Shown here: positions 28,577 through 38,584 of the stretch, piece after piece | Layout of the letters: each line of letters starts with the position of its first letter | How positions within the stretch are numbered: position 1 is the first letter of the stretch | Origin: Candidatus Poribacteria bacterium | Lineage (GTDB): Bacteria; Poribacteria; WGA-4E; PCPOR2b | Assembly: GCA_965208675.1 (NCBI GenBank) | Contig: OZ242351.1 | Location: 1,856,001-1,920,000, forward strand | Direction: 5' to 3' | Length of the DNA: 64,000 nucleotides | Position numbers and translations under genes: made by a program | The notes under the pieces: model-generated | The model's input: only the letters and a program-made list of their open reading frames with translations | Databases searched by the model: none | What the model was told of the DNA's origin: nothing

Positions 28577-29389
28577 TTAGAATGCGTGCATACTAGGTAA
28601 AAACAGATTAACGCCGACATAAGTAAACAGCACGGCGGCAAAACCGACGATAGCGGAATAAGCGGTTTTGCGCCCATACCAACCGAATACTTGGCGAATG
28701 CTGAGTTGCAAAACATAGATAAGCCATGTTGCGATGGTGAAGATAACTTTTGGGTCAACCCATTTCCACGTGACCTCTGGGACATTTCGCGTCCAAAACA
28801 CTCCGATAATGATTCCAATGGTCATTAGAACCACACCGGCGACGACGCACTTATGGCCAATCCGATCCGACCTCCCAAGCGCGGGCAAAAGGTTATAAAG
28901 GAGCGTGTGCTTCTTTTCCCGTATCCGCTTTTCTTCAATTAAATACATTAGCCCAAATCCAAATGCCGCGACAAACGCCGCATAAGCTAGAAAGATGAAG
29001 GATGAATGGGTGATGAGCCAGTAATTTTGCAGTGCAGGGGAGATTGCTGCGTTCCCCTTCGGTAGGGTATAAGCGATTAGGTTTGCAATGAAGGCAGCAG
29101 GAACAACGAAACTCCCGACAGTGCGCAGACGAGTCAGGTGAGCAATACACAAATAAATCAATATAATTGCCCATGCGAAAAATGAGGCTGAATCATACCA
29201 GTACGCCATCGGGAACTCCCCTTGGCGCAGCCAGCGTAAAACCAAATAAAACGAGTGCAACGCGAACCCCCCGATTGTTACCCAATAAGCGAGTCGATCA
29301 ATTTTTCGATCGCCGGTAGTGAGGAATATCGCGTGAAAAATACTTGCTGCCAAGTATATCAGTAGCGTCAGTAAAAATAGAAAGTCCAT
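28577..29389 (-). CDS. ccsA: CcsA/HemX-family heme-handling membrane protein
   Basis: About 8 TM helices, WLITH, W---DPK-----W--Y, GVNL----H; abuts hemA like B. subtilis hemX. Confidence 0.88.
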   Translation of the reverse strand: MDFLFLLTLLIYLAASIFHAIFLTTGDRKIDRLAYWVTIGGFALHSFYLVLRWLRQGEFPMAYWYDSASFFAWAIILIYLCIAHLTRLRTVGSFVVPAAFIANLIAYTLPKGNAAISPALQNYWLITHSSFIFLAYAAFVAAFGFGLMYLIEEKRIREKKHTLLYNLLPALGRSDRIGHKCVVAGVVLMTIGIIIGVFWTRNVPEVTWKWVDPKVIFTIATWLIYVLQLSIRQVFGWYGRKTAYSAIVGFAAVLFTYVGVNLFLPSMHAF

Positions 29390-29464
29390 GAGACGTAAAG
29401 CGAAACATGAATGCACCCGAAAACCAAATCGAGGCAGGGTGCGGTTACACAGAGTTAGCTAACG

Positions 29465-30682
29465 TTAGTTTATGTTTCGATCCCCAAATTGACGAAGAAT
29501 GTGTTGGCGTACCCTCTCGCTCTGACCTTGACGAACGAGGTTAAACGCGCATTCCGCCGAGCAACTAGGGTTTTCAAAGCGTAAACAGCATTTCATTCCT
29601 TCGTTCGGTTCCCAGTCTAGGAGTGGAACTTGATCGATGAGGTTCTCGAAAAATGCTTGTCGATCTTGCTGCGTTGGAACAGATTCCATCACAAAGGGAC
29701 GCAATGCACCGAGAAAATCAATGAACGCGCCGTACCCATTATTCTCGAATTGAATTGCCAGTTCCGCCTGTAGATGCTTGGCTGTGCCCTGTTCCTTTTC
29801 GGTTGGTGTTTTTGCGGAAATACCGATTATCAAATTCCCGTCTACTACCAGAATTGGGGTGATAAACGTCCCCAGCTCTGGGGTATTGACGTATTCAAAC
29901 AACTGAATCCCATTGAGAGCGTCTGTCGACCCATTCCCTGTTCGTGCGGCGAAAACGGTGTCATCACAGCTCGATTCTATATTGTCGAAGTAGACTAGAA
30001 ATGCCTCCGATATGCGATTCACATCCTCGTGCGCGGCGTCAATCTGTTCAACAAATGCGCCGCACTGCCTCAATAGATGCACGCGCCGTCCAATTTCCTC
30101 GCTCATGCCATTGGGGTTGCCGATGATATTACACCGACGACTCTCAACCAAAAAATAGACCGGATACGGATGGCCGCAGTCCTCGCGAGAAAGTGTGAAT
30201 TTCGCGTCGACCGGTGTTGTGTAAAGAGTCTCGGTTTCGAACTTTGTTTCGAGAAATTCTCGGATGCGCCTAGAAATCGCCGGACTTTTCCCGCTTGTGG
30301 AGATACTAACCGTCAGATCGCCGCGCGTCACAACAGACGCCGCCGCAAAGGTGCATTCAGGGATTACATCAACGACGTTAACCAAATTAATGCCATGTTC
30401 CTCGTGGGCATCATGAAATACCCGTGTGTTGATTTCAGGGGAATCCGTTGCGGCGCAAACTAGGAACATACCTTCCGAATCGCCCGGTTGAAATTGGCGT
30501 TGGCGCCATTGGATCCAATCTGCTTGTGCAAGTTGGTTGAGCGTCGTCGTCGTATCGGGGCTAATCAGCGTCACCAGCCCGCCGCAACGCAGAAGGGAGA
30601 TGACTTTTCGCTCGGCGACGATTCCTCCTCCGAAAACGAGGCATTTTCGATCCTGGAGGTTCAAATGTGCAGGGTAGAACAT
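29465..30682 (-). CDS. Precorrin-2 dehydrogenase / sirohydrochlorin ferrochelatase (SirC/Met8-like) with an internal duplication
   Basis: YP--L-L--RKCLV-GGG-VAERK, VNVVD-P--C-F, ISTSGKSP; a second degenerate copy follows. Confidence 0.88.
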   Translation of the reverse strand: MFYPAHLNLQDRKCLVFGGGIVAERKVISLLRCGGLVTLISPDTTTTLNQLAQADWIQWRQRQFQPGDSEGMFLVCAATDSPEINTRVFHDAHEEHGINLVNVVDVIPECTFAAASVVTRGDLTVSISTSGKSPAISRRIREFLETKFETETLYTTPVDAKFTLSREDCGHPYPVYFLVESRRCNIIGNPNGMSEEIGRRVHLLRQCGAFVEQIDAAHEDVNRISEAFLVYFDNIESSCDDTVFAARTGNGSTDALNGIQLFEYVNTPELGTFITPILVVDGNLIIGISAKTPTEKEQGTAKHLQAELAIQFENNGYGAFIDFLGALRPFVMESVPTQQDRQAFFENLIDQVPLLDWEPNEGMKCCLRFENPSCSAECAFNLVRQGQSERVRQHILRQFGDRNIN

Positions 30683-30740
30683 AGAGATTGTATTTAAACC
30701 GACAGTCAGCTAGGGCGCCTAGAACCCTTCCGCGAAGCCA

Positions 30741-31730
30741 TCACCGATCTCTGGATACCACATAATCTGCGAGTTGTTCAATCGCGGTCTTGGCGGGCGT
30801 GTCTGGCAACCCAACCAAAGCCGCTTTTGCACGATCCGCATATTCTTGGGCAATCTGGAGGCAATACTCCTGCACCCGATACCGCCGAAGCAGTTTCGTA
30901 ATCCAATCTATTGCCCAATCCTCGTCGGTTTCCGTGCTAAAGACTCGTTCTAACGTGCCCTTTTCATCCGAAGTACAGACGCCGCGTGTATAGATGATTG
31001 GAAACGTCAACTTGCCTTCGCGCAAATCGTTGAAGGATTCCTTGCCCAGCTTTGTTTCATCGGATACAAGATCGAGAAGATCATCAATAATCTGGAAGGC
31101 GGTGCCAATTGATTCACCGTAATCTGTGAATGCTTGTATGGTCTCCGAATCATCTGTGCCAAGCATCGCTCCCATTTCACACGAAGCAGTGATTAGCTTC
31201 CCGGTTTTCAGTCCAATAATCTTCAGATAATCATCCTGCGCAACATTGAAATCCCCGTTTTTGTACGCGTGAATGACTTCCCCCTCACACATGGCTTGAG
31301 TTGTGTCTGAGAGTATCCGCATCGCCGAATCATCGGCGCGTCGAGCGACAAGCATTGAAAGCACTCGCGCATGAAGGTAGTCCCCCACAAGCACTGCAAC
31401 CTTATTCCCCCACTTGGAATGCAACGTTTCATGGCCCCGCCGAATCGGGGCTTCATCGAGGACATCGTCATGAACGAGCGAAGCGACGTGAATCAGCTCA
31501 GTAACGGCAGCAAGCGTGTGTGCATCCTCGCCTTCATATCCGCACGCTTTTGCAGAAAGTACCAGTAGAATTGGGCGAAGCCGTTTGCCGCCGCCTTCGA
31601 TTACATGCTGAACGGCAAGATCGACAAAATCATAATGGCTCGTCGTTTTTTCGAGAAGCTTACTTTCGATTGCATCTAAATCGGCAGCAATAAACTGGCA
31701 AATCTCACTGAGGTTCGTTGTTGACATCAA
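30741..31730 (-). CDS. Polyprenyl diphosphate synthase (IspB/HepT-like)
   Basis: GGKRLRP, LVHDDVLD, RRG, KTG, FQIIDDLLD, DLREGK-T. Confidence 0.95.
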   Translation of the reverse strand: MMSTTNLSEICQFIAADLDAIESKLLEKTTSHYDFVDLAVQHVIEGGGKRLRPILLVLSAKACGYEGEDAHTLAAVTELIHVASLVHDDVLDEAPIRRGHETLHSKWGNKVAVLVGDYLHARVLSMLVARRADDSAMRILSDTTQAMCEGEVIHAYKNGDFNVAQDDYLKIIGLKTGKLITASCEMGAMLGTDDSETIQAFTDYGESIGTAFQIIDDLLDLVSDETKLGKESFNDLREGKLTFPIIYTRGVCTSDEKGTLERVFSTETDEDWAIDWITKLLRRYRVQEYCLQIAQEYADRAKAALVGLPDTPAKTAIEQLADYVVSRDR

Positions 31731-31850
31731 TCTTCATCCGTGAGAATAAGTATTATCTTTCGTGGAAATCACAATCGAACGTCGTATCTTATACGAACTT
31801 TGAAATATCAGACGATTTCTGTTTTACCCATCTCTCTTCGTTGCCGCACC

Positions 31851-33134
31851 TTAAATTCGCGACAACACTTCATCCGCGGCGCGCACGGTGCGTTCAATGT
31901 CGCTTTGAGAGTGCGAGAGCGAAATAAAACCTGCTTCAAATTGAGAGGGTGCGATGTACACACCCCGTTCAAGCAGTCCCCTAAAATAGGCGCCAAATCG
32001 ATTAATGTCCGATGTCTGCGCAGTCTCGCAATCAGTGACAGCATTATTCGTGAAATAAAACATCAACATCGAGCCGACTCGGTTGTGGCAAGCATCAATG
32101 CCGGCCCGATCCGTCGCATCTTTTAGCCCTTCAGCGAGTGCTTGCGCGCGACCTTCGAGTTGTTCGTAAACACCGGGTTCAGCAAGTGTTTTCAGCGCGG
32201 CAATCCCGGCGGACATCGCCAGCGGATTGCCGGATAGCGTACCAGCCTGGTAAACATCGCCGATAGGGGCTACGCTTTGCATGATTTCTTTTTTTCCGCC
32301 GTACGCGCCAACCGGCATCCCTCCTCCGATAATTTTGCCTAAACATGTCATATCGGGAATGGCGCCGTATCGGGATTGCGCCCCGCCGTACGCTACCCGA
32401 AATCCGGTGATGACTTCGTCGAAAATCAGGAGAATGCCGTGTTCAGACGTAATCTCTCTAAGTTCAGCCAAGTAGCCGTCATGCGGCGGAATCACGCCCA
32501 TATTTCCTGCAATCGGCTCGATGATTAGACAGGCAACTTGATTGTGGTTCGCTTCGATTGTTCGGCACACTGCGTCGGCGTCATTAAAAGGAACCACTAG
32601 CGTGTGACTCGTAAAATCTGTGGGGACTCCCGCACAATCTGGAAGCCCAAACGTTGCGACACCGGAGCCGGCTTTGGCGAGTAGCGCATCAACATGCCCG
32701 TGATAACAGCCTGCAATTTTGATGACCTTGTCGCGCCCCGTATACCCGCGCGCCACACGGATAGCGCTCATTGTCGCCTCCGTACCGGAATTGACCATCC
32801 TAACCAACTCAATCGAGGGCACCGCATTCACGATTAGCTCGGCGAGTTCAGTTTCTAACGCCGTCGGTGCGCCGAAACTGGTGCCGTTCTCCATTGTGCC
32901 GCTGATTGCGTCCACAACTCGCGGGTGGGCGTGTCCGAGGATTAATGGCCCCCACGACGCAACATAATCAATATACTCATTTCCATCAATGTCAACAATT
33001 GTCGATCCATTGCCGCTTTGAATAAAAAGGGGATTGCCGCCGACCGCGCGAAAGTTCCGCACCGGGCTATTGACGCCGCCGGGAATGAACTGTTGGGATT
33101 TTTTCCACGCTTCTAAGGACTTGGGGTTGTTCAA
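31851..33134 (-). CDS. hemL: Glutamate-1-semialdehyde 2,1-aminomutase
   Basis: PGGVNSPVR, NSGTEATMSA, FDEVITGFR, GKIIGGG-PVGA, YQAGTLSGNP. Confidence 0.98.
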   Translation of the reverse strand: MNNPKSLEAWKKSQQFIPGGVNSPVRNFRAVGGNPLFIQSGNGSTIVDIDGNEYIDYVASWGPLILGHAHPRVVDAISGTMENGTSFGAPTALETELAELIVNAVPSIELVRMVNSGTEATMSAIRVARGYTGRDKVIKIAGCYHGHVDALLAKAGSGVATFGLPDCAGVPTDFTSHTLVVPFNDADAVCRTIEANHNQVACLIIEPIAGNMGVIPPHDGYLAELREITSEHGILLIFDEVITGFRVAYGGAQSRYGAIPDMTCLGKIIGGGMPVGAYGGKKEIMQSVAPIGDVYQAGTLSGNPLAMSAGIAALKTLAEPGVYEQLEGRAQALAEGLKDATDRAGIDACHNRVGSMLMFYFTNNAVTDCETAQTSDINRFGAYFRGLLERGVYIAPSQFEAGFISLSHSQSDIERTVRAADEVLSRI

Positions 33135-33152
33135 CGGGTTCCTCCTCTGAGA

Positions 33153-34130
33153 TTATCCTTCAAGCCATTCCACAACCGACTTCGCAAAGTAAGTCAAAAT
33201 TATGTCCGCGCCTGCACGTTTAATGCTTGTGAGCACCTCAAGTGCAACCTGCCGTTCATCAATCCAACCGTTCTGTGCGGCGGCTTTAATCATCGCATAT
33301 TCCCCGCTCACGTTATACGCAGCAATCGGCACCTGAAAACTCTCTTTCACGCGCGAAATTACGTCAAGATAGGAAAGTGCAGGTTTGACCATGAGAATGT
33401 CTGCGCCTTCGTCAAGATCCAACCCCACCTCCCGCAGCGCTTCGTCAGAATTCGAAGGATCCATTTGATAAGAGCGGCGGTCGCCGAACTGAGGGGCGGA
33501 TTCCGCAGCCTCACGGAAGGGTCCGTAAAAGGCCGAGGCGTATTTCGCGGCGTACGCCATTATTGGAATCTGTTCGTATCCATTTTCATCCAGCGCCCTC
33601 CGAATAGCGCCAATTCGCCCGTCCATCATGTCCGAAGGCGCGATGACATCCGCTCCTGCACGGGCGTGGGACAGCGCTGCCTTGGCTAGCAGCGATAAAG
33701 TCGCATCATTCAGCACTTCTCCCTCATGAACAACACCGCAATGTCCGTGATCCGTATATTCGCAGAGACAGACATCGGTCATCACGAGGAGATTCGGTAC
33801 GGCATCCTTGACCGCTCGAATTGCTTGCTGGATAATCCCATCCTCAGCATAAGCCTGCGAGCCGGATGCATCCTTGTATTGTGGAATCCCGAAAAGGATG
33901 GTGCCCGGAATCCCAAGGCCAACCAATGTTCTCGCCGCCTTGACGAGCCGGTCGACGGAGTATTGAAAACATCCTGGCATTGACGGGATTTCATGCGCAA
34001 CATCTACTCCATGAACAACAAACATGGGGTAGATTAAGTCATCGGTGCACAGTGTCGTTTCACGAACCAATCGCCGCACGTTCTCGTTGGCACGCAGACG
34101 ACGTGGTCGGTAGATTGGAAATTGGCTCAT
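33153..34130 (-). CDS. hemB: Porphobilinogen synthase (Zn-type)
   Basis: [42 protein letters not shown]. Confidence 0.98.
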   Translation of the reverse strand: MSQFPIYRPRRLRANENVRRLVRETTLCTDDLIYPMFVVHGVDVAHEIPSMPGCFQYSVDRLVKAARTLVGLGIPGTILFGIPQYKDASGSQAYAEDGIIQQAIRAVKDAVPNLLVMTDVCLCEYTDHGHCGVVHEGEVLNDATLSLLAKAALSHARAGADVIAPSDMMDGRIGAIRRALDENGYEQIPIMAYAAKYASAFYGPFREAAESAPQFGDRRSYQMDPSNSDEALREVGLDLDEGADILMVKPALSYLDVISRVKESFQVPIAAYNVSGEYAMIKAAAQNGWIDERQVALEVLTSIKRAGADIILTYFAKSVVEWLEG

Positions 34131-34405
34131 CCTTCATTCCTCGATTCAGGGATTTCGGTGTAACCCTACTCGCGTATCACCATCTACCTTACCAAAGTAA
34201 AATGTCCGAATCTCTTTACCGTCCGAACCGTAAATTGCTAATTTAAAATCTCCCGGTTCTGCCAACTGAAACGGAATCCATGTTTCAGGATTAAATGGAT
34301 TTTTGATTCCTCCCATTTGGGCGGCAGATTCCGTAAATTAGACCGTTCCTGAATCATAATCTGTCTCACGAAAATCTACCAAAACGTGCACGTATTCAGG
34401 AATCG

Positions 34406-35083
34406 TCAAACGACTGATTTCGAAGTCGTCTCGCATTCATGTTGCAAAAAGTAGGAGAGCCGTTCCAGTTCTATTGAAAAATCGACGTTCCTCAATTTGA
34501 TGCGACGAGGCGCCGACAGTCGAGCCGGGGCAAAATTAAGAATCGAGCGGACACCCGCTAAAACAAATACATCTAGTACATTCTGAGCCGCCTGCGGCGG
34601 AACTGCGATTATTCCAATCTCTATCTGCTCGCATTCGACAATCTGAGGCAGCCGATTAGGATTATAGATGACCACATTGTTGATGACCCGATCCCATTTT
34701 CGTGCATCGTTGTCAAACGCAGCGACAATTTCAAAATTGTGTTCACTCAGAACCCGGTAACCGAGCAAGGCACTGCCTAAATTCCCTACGCCGACAAGCG
34801 CAATCCTTCGGCGCACGTGAACGCCGAGAATCTCGTTAATCGACCGTCCGAGCGCGCAAACCTCATATCCAATCCCCCGCTTACCAAACTGCCCGAAATA
34901 GGCAAGATCCCTCCGAATCTGCGTTGCCGGAAAATTGATTCGTTCCGATAAATCACGTGACGAAACAACGGTCGTTCCCTCTTCCTCTAGTGTTGCGAGG
35001 AGTCGAGAGTATAGAGATAGCCGATGAATTGTCCCTTCGGAGATGGTTTCAGACTGAAAAGAACTTGGGCGCGATTCTAGCAT
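34406..35083 (-). CDS. rex: Redox-sensing transcriptional repressor Rex
   Basis: RL--Y, QIRRDLAYFG-FG-RG-GY, GVGNLG-AL, ILNFAP; likely start 35083 (track 35167). Confidence 0.95.
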   Translation of the reverse strand: MLESRPSSFQSETISEGTIHRLSLYSRLLATLEEEGTTVVSSRDLSERINFPATQIRRDLAYFGQFGKRGIGYEVCALGRSINEILGVHVRRRIALVGVGNLGSALLGYRVLSEHNFEIVAAFDNDARKWDRVINNVVIYNPNRLPQIVECEQIEIGIIAVPPQAAQNVLDVFVLAGVRSILNFAPARLSAPRRIKLRNVDFSIELERLSYFLQHECETTSKSVV

Positions 35084-35331
35084 TAGACCAAACTTCAAGG
35101 CGTAAAAAGATTGGTACATTATAACTGATCTATACATCGAGCGCAAGAAAAAGCGGAAGTAAAACACGGAATCTCGTGGGCAGGTAAATCGACGTGGAGA
35201 ATGCCCGCGGCATCAACCTGCTGGACATGAAGTGAGGATAATGAAGTGAATAAAAGGGAAAAAATAACCGGGGAGATTACAGGCTGTTTACCATGAACGA
35301 ATGCGAATCCGAGCGTTTGTTTAGCGCACTG

Positions 35332-35934
35332 TTATGTGCCATTGGAAGCCAAATTCCAGAGCCGTTCGACCAAACTTGCCAGCGGCAGACCGACCACGTT
35401 GAAATAACAGCCTTCGATGCGTTCGACAAATGCAGCCGCCCGCCCTTGAACGCCATAAGCGCCTGCTTTATCCAACACCTCGCCGCTGCCGGCGTACGCC
35501 AATATTTCGCGTTGATGCAACTTCCTAAACTGAACCACAGTCTTTTCACGCCACACGATTTCACGCTTTCGCTCGAGATCCACCAGAGCGACGCCAGTTA
35601 TCACTTCATGGCGCACTCCGCTTAGTTGCGTCAGTATCTCAATCGCGTGTTCTTCGTGCTCCGGCTTGCCGATGACCTGCTGATTGATGACCACAATGGT
35701 GTCCGCACCGATGACAAGCCCGTGCTTGAGGTTCGCCGAAACTGCTTTAGCCTTCGCCAGAGCAAGTATCTGTACACCCGTATCGGGCGGCGCGTGAATG
35801 GTCTCCGATTCATCGACACCGCTCGGGCAGATTTGGAACTCAAACCCAATCTGTCTCAGTAGGTTAGCACGCCGTGGTGACGCCGAAGCGAGCACAATCT
35901 TGGGAAAATGTTCGAGCAAGTCAGATTTAATCAT
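35332..35934 (-). CDS. maf: Maf family nucleoside triphosphate pyrophosphatase
   Basis: LASASPRR, IGADT, GKP, DKAGAYG-QG, NVVGLP. Confidence 0.96.
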   Translation of the reverse strand: MIKSDLLEHFPKIVLASASPRRANLLRQIGFEFQICPSGVDESETIHAPPDTGVQILALAKAKAVSANLKHGLVIGADTIVVINQQVIGKPEHEEHAIEILTQLSGVRHEVITGVALVDLERKREIVWREKTVVQFRKLHQREILAYAGSGEVLDKAGAYGVQGRAAAFVERIEGCYFNVVGLPLASLVERLWNLASNGT

Positions 35935-35943
35935 GGAAGACGT

Positions 35944-36231
35944 TCAGTTTAACCGATACCACCGACGCTTACCTTCAGACCTAACCTGCACCAGCTCGGC
36001 TTTCATGAGCTCCTCCAAGCCCTGATCAATTTCTTCTTTGGATAGACCAGCAAACCGCCTCACTCGGTGATGCAGCCGAGGGGCGCGAAACCACTCCTGT
36101 ACTTTGGGCGGAACGTCTTTATCCCGAAAAACACCGAGTGCACTGTACAGGCAGAGCGCTGCCGAAGAAAGCTCTACCAACGGGTTAACAGTTGTGTTGT
36201 GGGGTTCGATTCCTGGCATAGCGGTCGTCAC
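35944..36231 (-). CDS. Small winged-helix-like protein
   Basis: GLS-EEI--GL-EL----LV followed by the wing EGKRRWYRL; GGAAGGA RBS; 9 nt upstream of maf. Confidence 0.6.
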   Translation of the reverse strand: MTTAMPGIEPHNTTVNPLVELSSAALCLYSALGVFRDKDVPPKVQEWFRAPRLHHRVRRFAGLSKEEIDQGLEELMKAELVQVRSEGKRRWYRLN

Positions 36232-36487
36232 TTCCTTCCGTTAATTGCGTTGACATCGCAATTGATATACGTTCAAACCCAACAAACCGTTTCGATAATA
36301 AGCGTTAAAAGCGGAATCGTCCTAATTAACTTGGACGCAAATGTACACGATTCAGTTGAATCCGCTGATTTATTGTGTTAAAATTCCGTATTAACGTTAT
36401 GAAATAGGATTTTAGTTGCGAGAATCGGGATGGGCTGAAACTACCAGTTTATCCCAGCGATTCGGACAAGGAAGGAGGCAAACTACA

Positions 36488-36832
36488 ATGGCAAGTTTAT
36501 CAAATGAAAAATGTGTCGCCTGCCGCCGTGACGCACCGCTAGTCACGGAAGCGGAGATCGCCAAACTTAAACCGCAAATTCCCCAATGGCACCTAATCGA
36601 ACGAGCGGGCATCAATCGGTTGGAACACACATTTCAATTCTCGAATTTCGCCCAAGCGTTGACATTTACAGGCAGGGTCGGTGAGTTAGCGGAGACAGAA
36701 GGTCATCACCCGGCAATCCTGACGGAGTGGGGCAGCGTCACAGTGACGTGGTGGACACACAAGATTAGAGGGCTGCATCGCAACGATTTCATCATGGCCG
36801 CAAAGACCGATCAGATTTATTCATCGTTATAA
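36488..36832 (+). CDS. phhB: Pterin-4-alpha-carbinolamine dehydratase
   Basis: [27 protein letters not shown]; ATG 36488 follows GGAGG. Confidence 0.93.
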   Translation: MASLSNEKCVACRRDAPLVTEAEIAKLKPQIPQWHLIERAGINRLEHTFQFSNFAQALTFTGRVGELAETEGHHPAILTEWGSVTVTWWTHKIRGLHRNDFIMAAKTDQIYSSL

Positions 36833-36849
36833 TATTAAGGCTGCTAATC

Positions 36850-37398
36850 ATGAGTGTCTTCCGTGACCATTACATCGGCGGGCTGGTCGCCTACGGCTGG
36901 TTTTTCGTTATTTCAGTCGGCGCATCGTTAACTAGCCATTATTTACTTCAATACCCAATAGATTGGAATCCAACTATCTCTTTGGACCCGTGGAAAATTG
37001 GGGGCTGTTTCACCATTGCTGTGCTGTCAGGGATGTGGCCCGACGTAGATATCAAGAGCAAGAGCCAATCCATCTTCTATCGAATCTTTCTTGCATTCAA
37101 CCTGATTTTGATTTGGCGTGAACACTATATCGAATCGGCGTTTCTCGGACTCTTCGCGATGCTGCCGCTCATCGGGAAACATCGGGGCTGGACGCATTCC
37201 CGGCTGACTATGCTGCTACTGCCTGCAATTTTTCTGATTATTCCATTTTGTTTGGAGCGTGAGATTTTCAATCCTATGCAACTCTTGTCCTCACTCAGCC
37301 TCGATCTGATTAAGGATGAACTGCCCTTCTACGCCGCTAGCGTCATCGGGTACGCAACCCACCTGCACCTTGATGGCATCCTTCTTCGTTTCCGCTAA
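36850..37398 (+). CDS. Membrane-bound metal-dependent hydrolase (YdjM/YbcI-like)
   Basis: H near the N-terminus, PD-D, HRGWTHS, G---HL-LD. Confidence 0.85.
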   Translation: MSVFRDHYIGGLVAYGWFFVISVGASLTSHYLLQYPIDWNPTISLDPWKIGGCFTIAVLSGMWPDVDIKSKSQSIFYRIFLAFNLILIWREHYIESAFLGLFAMLPLIGKHRGWTHSRLTMLLLPAIFLIIPFCLEREIFNPMQLLSSLSLDLIKDELPFYAASVIGYATHLHLDGILLRFR

Positions 37399-37431
37399 GC
37401 GCAATGGCGTAGACGAAAAATCCCGCCATTT

Positions 37432-37830
37432 TCACCGTTGCTTGAGTTTCGCCCACATCATAAACCGCTTAACTCGCGGCTCCACCGTCCTTGGCGGCGG
37501 ATGCGATTCCGCATCCCACGGTTTTGTTGGCGGGTCTGCGTTGAATTCCTCGTCGTTCGTGAACCCATCCCCGTCCGAGTCCTTCTGGCCAAGTTCCTTC
37601 GTATACCGGTCGCCTGCGGGGAGAGCAATTTCTCTGTAATCATTGCCGAAGGCGTTTTGCGCCCCACCCCCAGCCGGATCATTGTGACATGTGGCGCAAT
37701 TCCAATTTTTCCCTTTGTCCGGCAGCTTTTCTAGTCGGAAAGCGCGGCTGCTCGAAACCGATACCCAAATCCACAAAAGGAAGCATGTTGAGACAATAAA
37801 CAAAAGCGAAATTAACTTGATCGATTTCAT
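37432..37830 (-). CDS. Small secreted c-type cytochrome with a Ca-binding DSDGDG loop
   Basis: Signal peptide, CATCH heme motif, GGG--NAFG-D, DSDGDGFTN-EE. Confidence 0.78.
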   Translation of the reverse strand: MKSIKLISLLFIVSTCFLLWIWVSVSSSRAFRLEKLPDKGKNWNCATCHNDPAGGGAQNAFGNDYREIALPAGDRYTKELGQKDSDGDGFTNDEEFNADPPTKPWDAESHPPPRTVEPRVKRFMMWAKLKQR

Positions 37831-37888
37831 CTTTAGGTTCCTTATTCATTTAGTTCTCGGTATGACTGCCACCATCTATCATTTGATA

Positions 37889-38581
37889 TTATTTTCTTAT
37901 TGACATCTTACGCGTCGCGGTGAAGTCGTTTGCCTTCAGCGTGCAAAAATAGAGTCCGCTAGCCACGGACTCTCCGCGCTGATTGCGACCGTCCCAATGG
38001 ACAGCGCGGTTGCGGTTTTGGTACAATCCCGCCGCGTGATGCCCCAACTCCAAAAGCCGAACCACCGCTCCGTTCATATCATAAATCGTTAGTGTCACCT
38101 CCGCGGGTGTTGCCAACTGATAAGGTATCCAAGTTTCCGGATTGAACGGATTCGGGTAGTTCGCTTGCAACAAGGTCTCTTGGGGGATTAGCGTGGCTAA
38201 CAGTGCCTCAAGGTTTTCAATGCCCTTTCGAAAGACAATCGAACCGTCATCTTCAAGCCGCGCCTGTGCAATCCACGCTTCTACCGTGGCGGCATCTATG
38301 TGTCCTTTCGCAACTGCAGGCGCGGCGACGCCGCCAAACCCCTTCGCTACTAGAGCAAGGTCGAAAATGTCAACCATCCCATCGCCATTAATATCCACGT
38401 CCGAATTGGCGGGCACGCTCTCGCCAAACTGTCGTGCAACCAGAATCAAATCAAAAATATCAATATCACCGTCACCATTTACATCTCCACTCCGTAGCCG
38501 TTGCTCCACAGTAATGAAAACTTCAAGCGGTGCCGCAGGAATGTTTTCTCCGGCGCTCGACCCAAATTTGAAGTTCTGCAA
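37889..38581 (-). CDS. C-terminal fragment: end of cohesin, dockerin, FlgD-Ig / T9SS-CTD-like domain
   Basis: GDVNGDG-IDIFDL and DINGDG-VDIFDL dockerin pair; NYPNPFNPETWIPY...WDGRN--GE-VASG-YF. No convincing RBS of its own. Confidence 0.7.
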   Translation of the reverse strand: MQNFKFGSSAGENIPAAPLEVFITVEQRLRSGDVNGDGDIDIFDLILVARQFGESVPANSDVDINGDGMVDIFDLALVAKGFGGVAAPAVAKGHIDAATVEAWIAQARLEDDGSIVFRKGIENLEALLATLIPQETLLQANYPNPFNPETWIPYQLATPAEVTLTIYDMNGAVVRLLELGHHAAGLYQNRNRAVHWDGRNQRGESVASGLYFCTLKANDFTATRKMSIRK

Positions 38582-38584
38582 TTC

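Noticed and set aside
34131-34405. Rex operator or riboswitch upstream of hemB
   Set aside because: Only weak partial palindromes (TTCCTGAAT...ATTCAGGAA, AATCCAT...ATGGATT); no adequate match to a Rex box or a known riboswitch.
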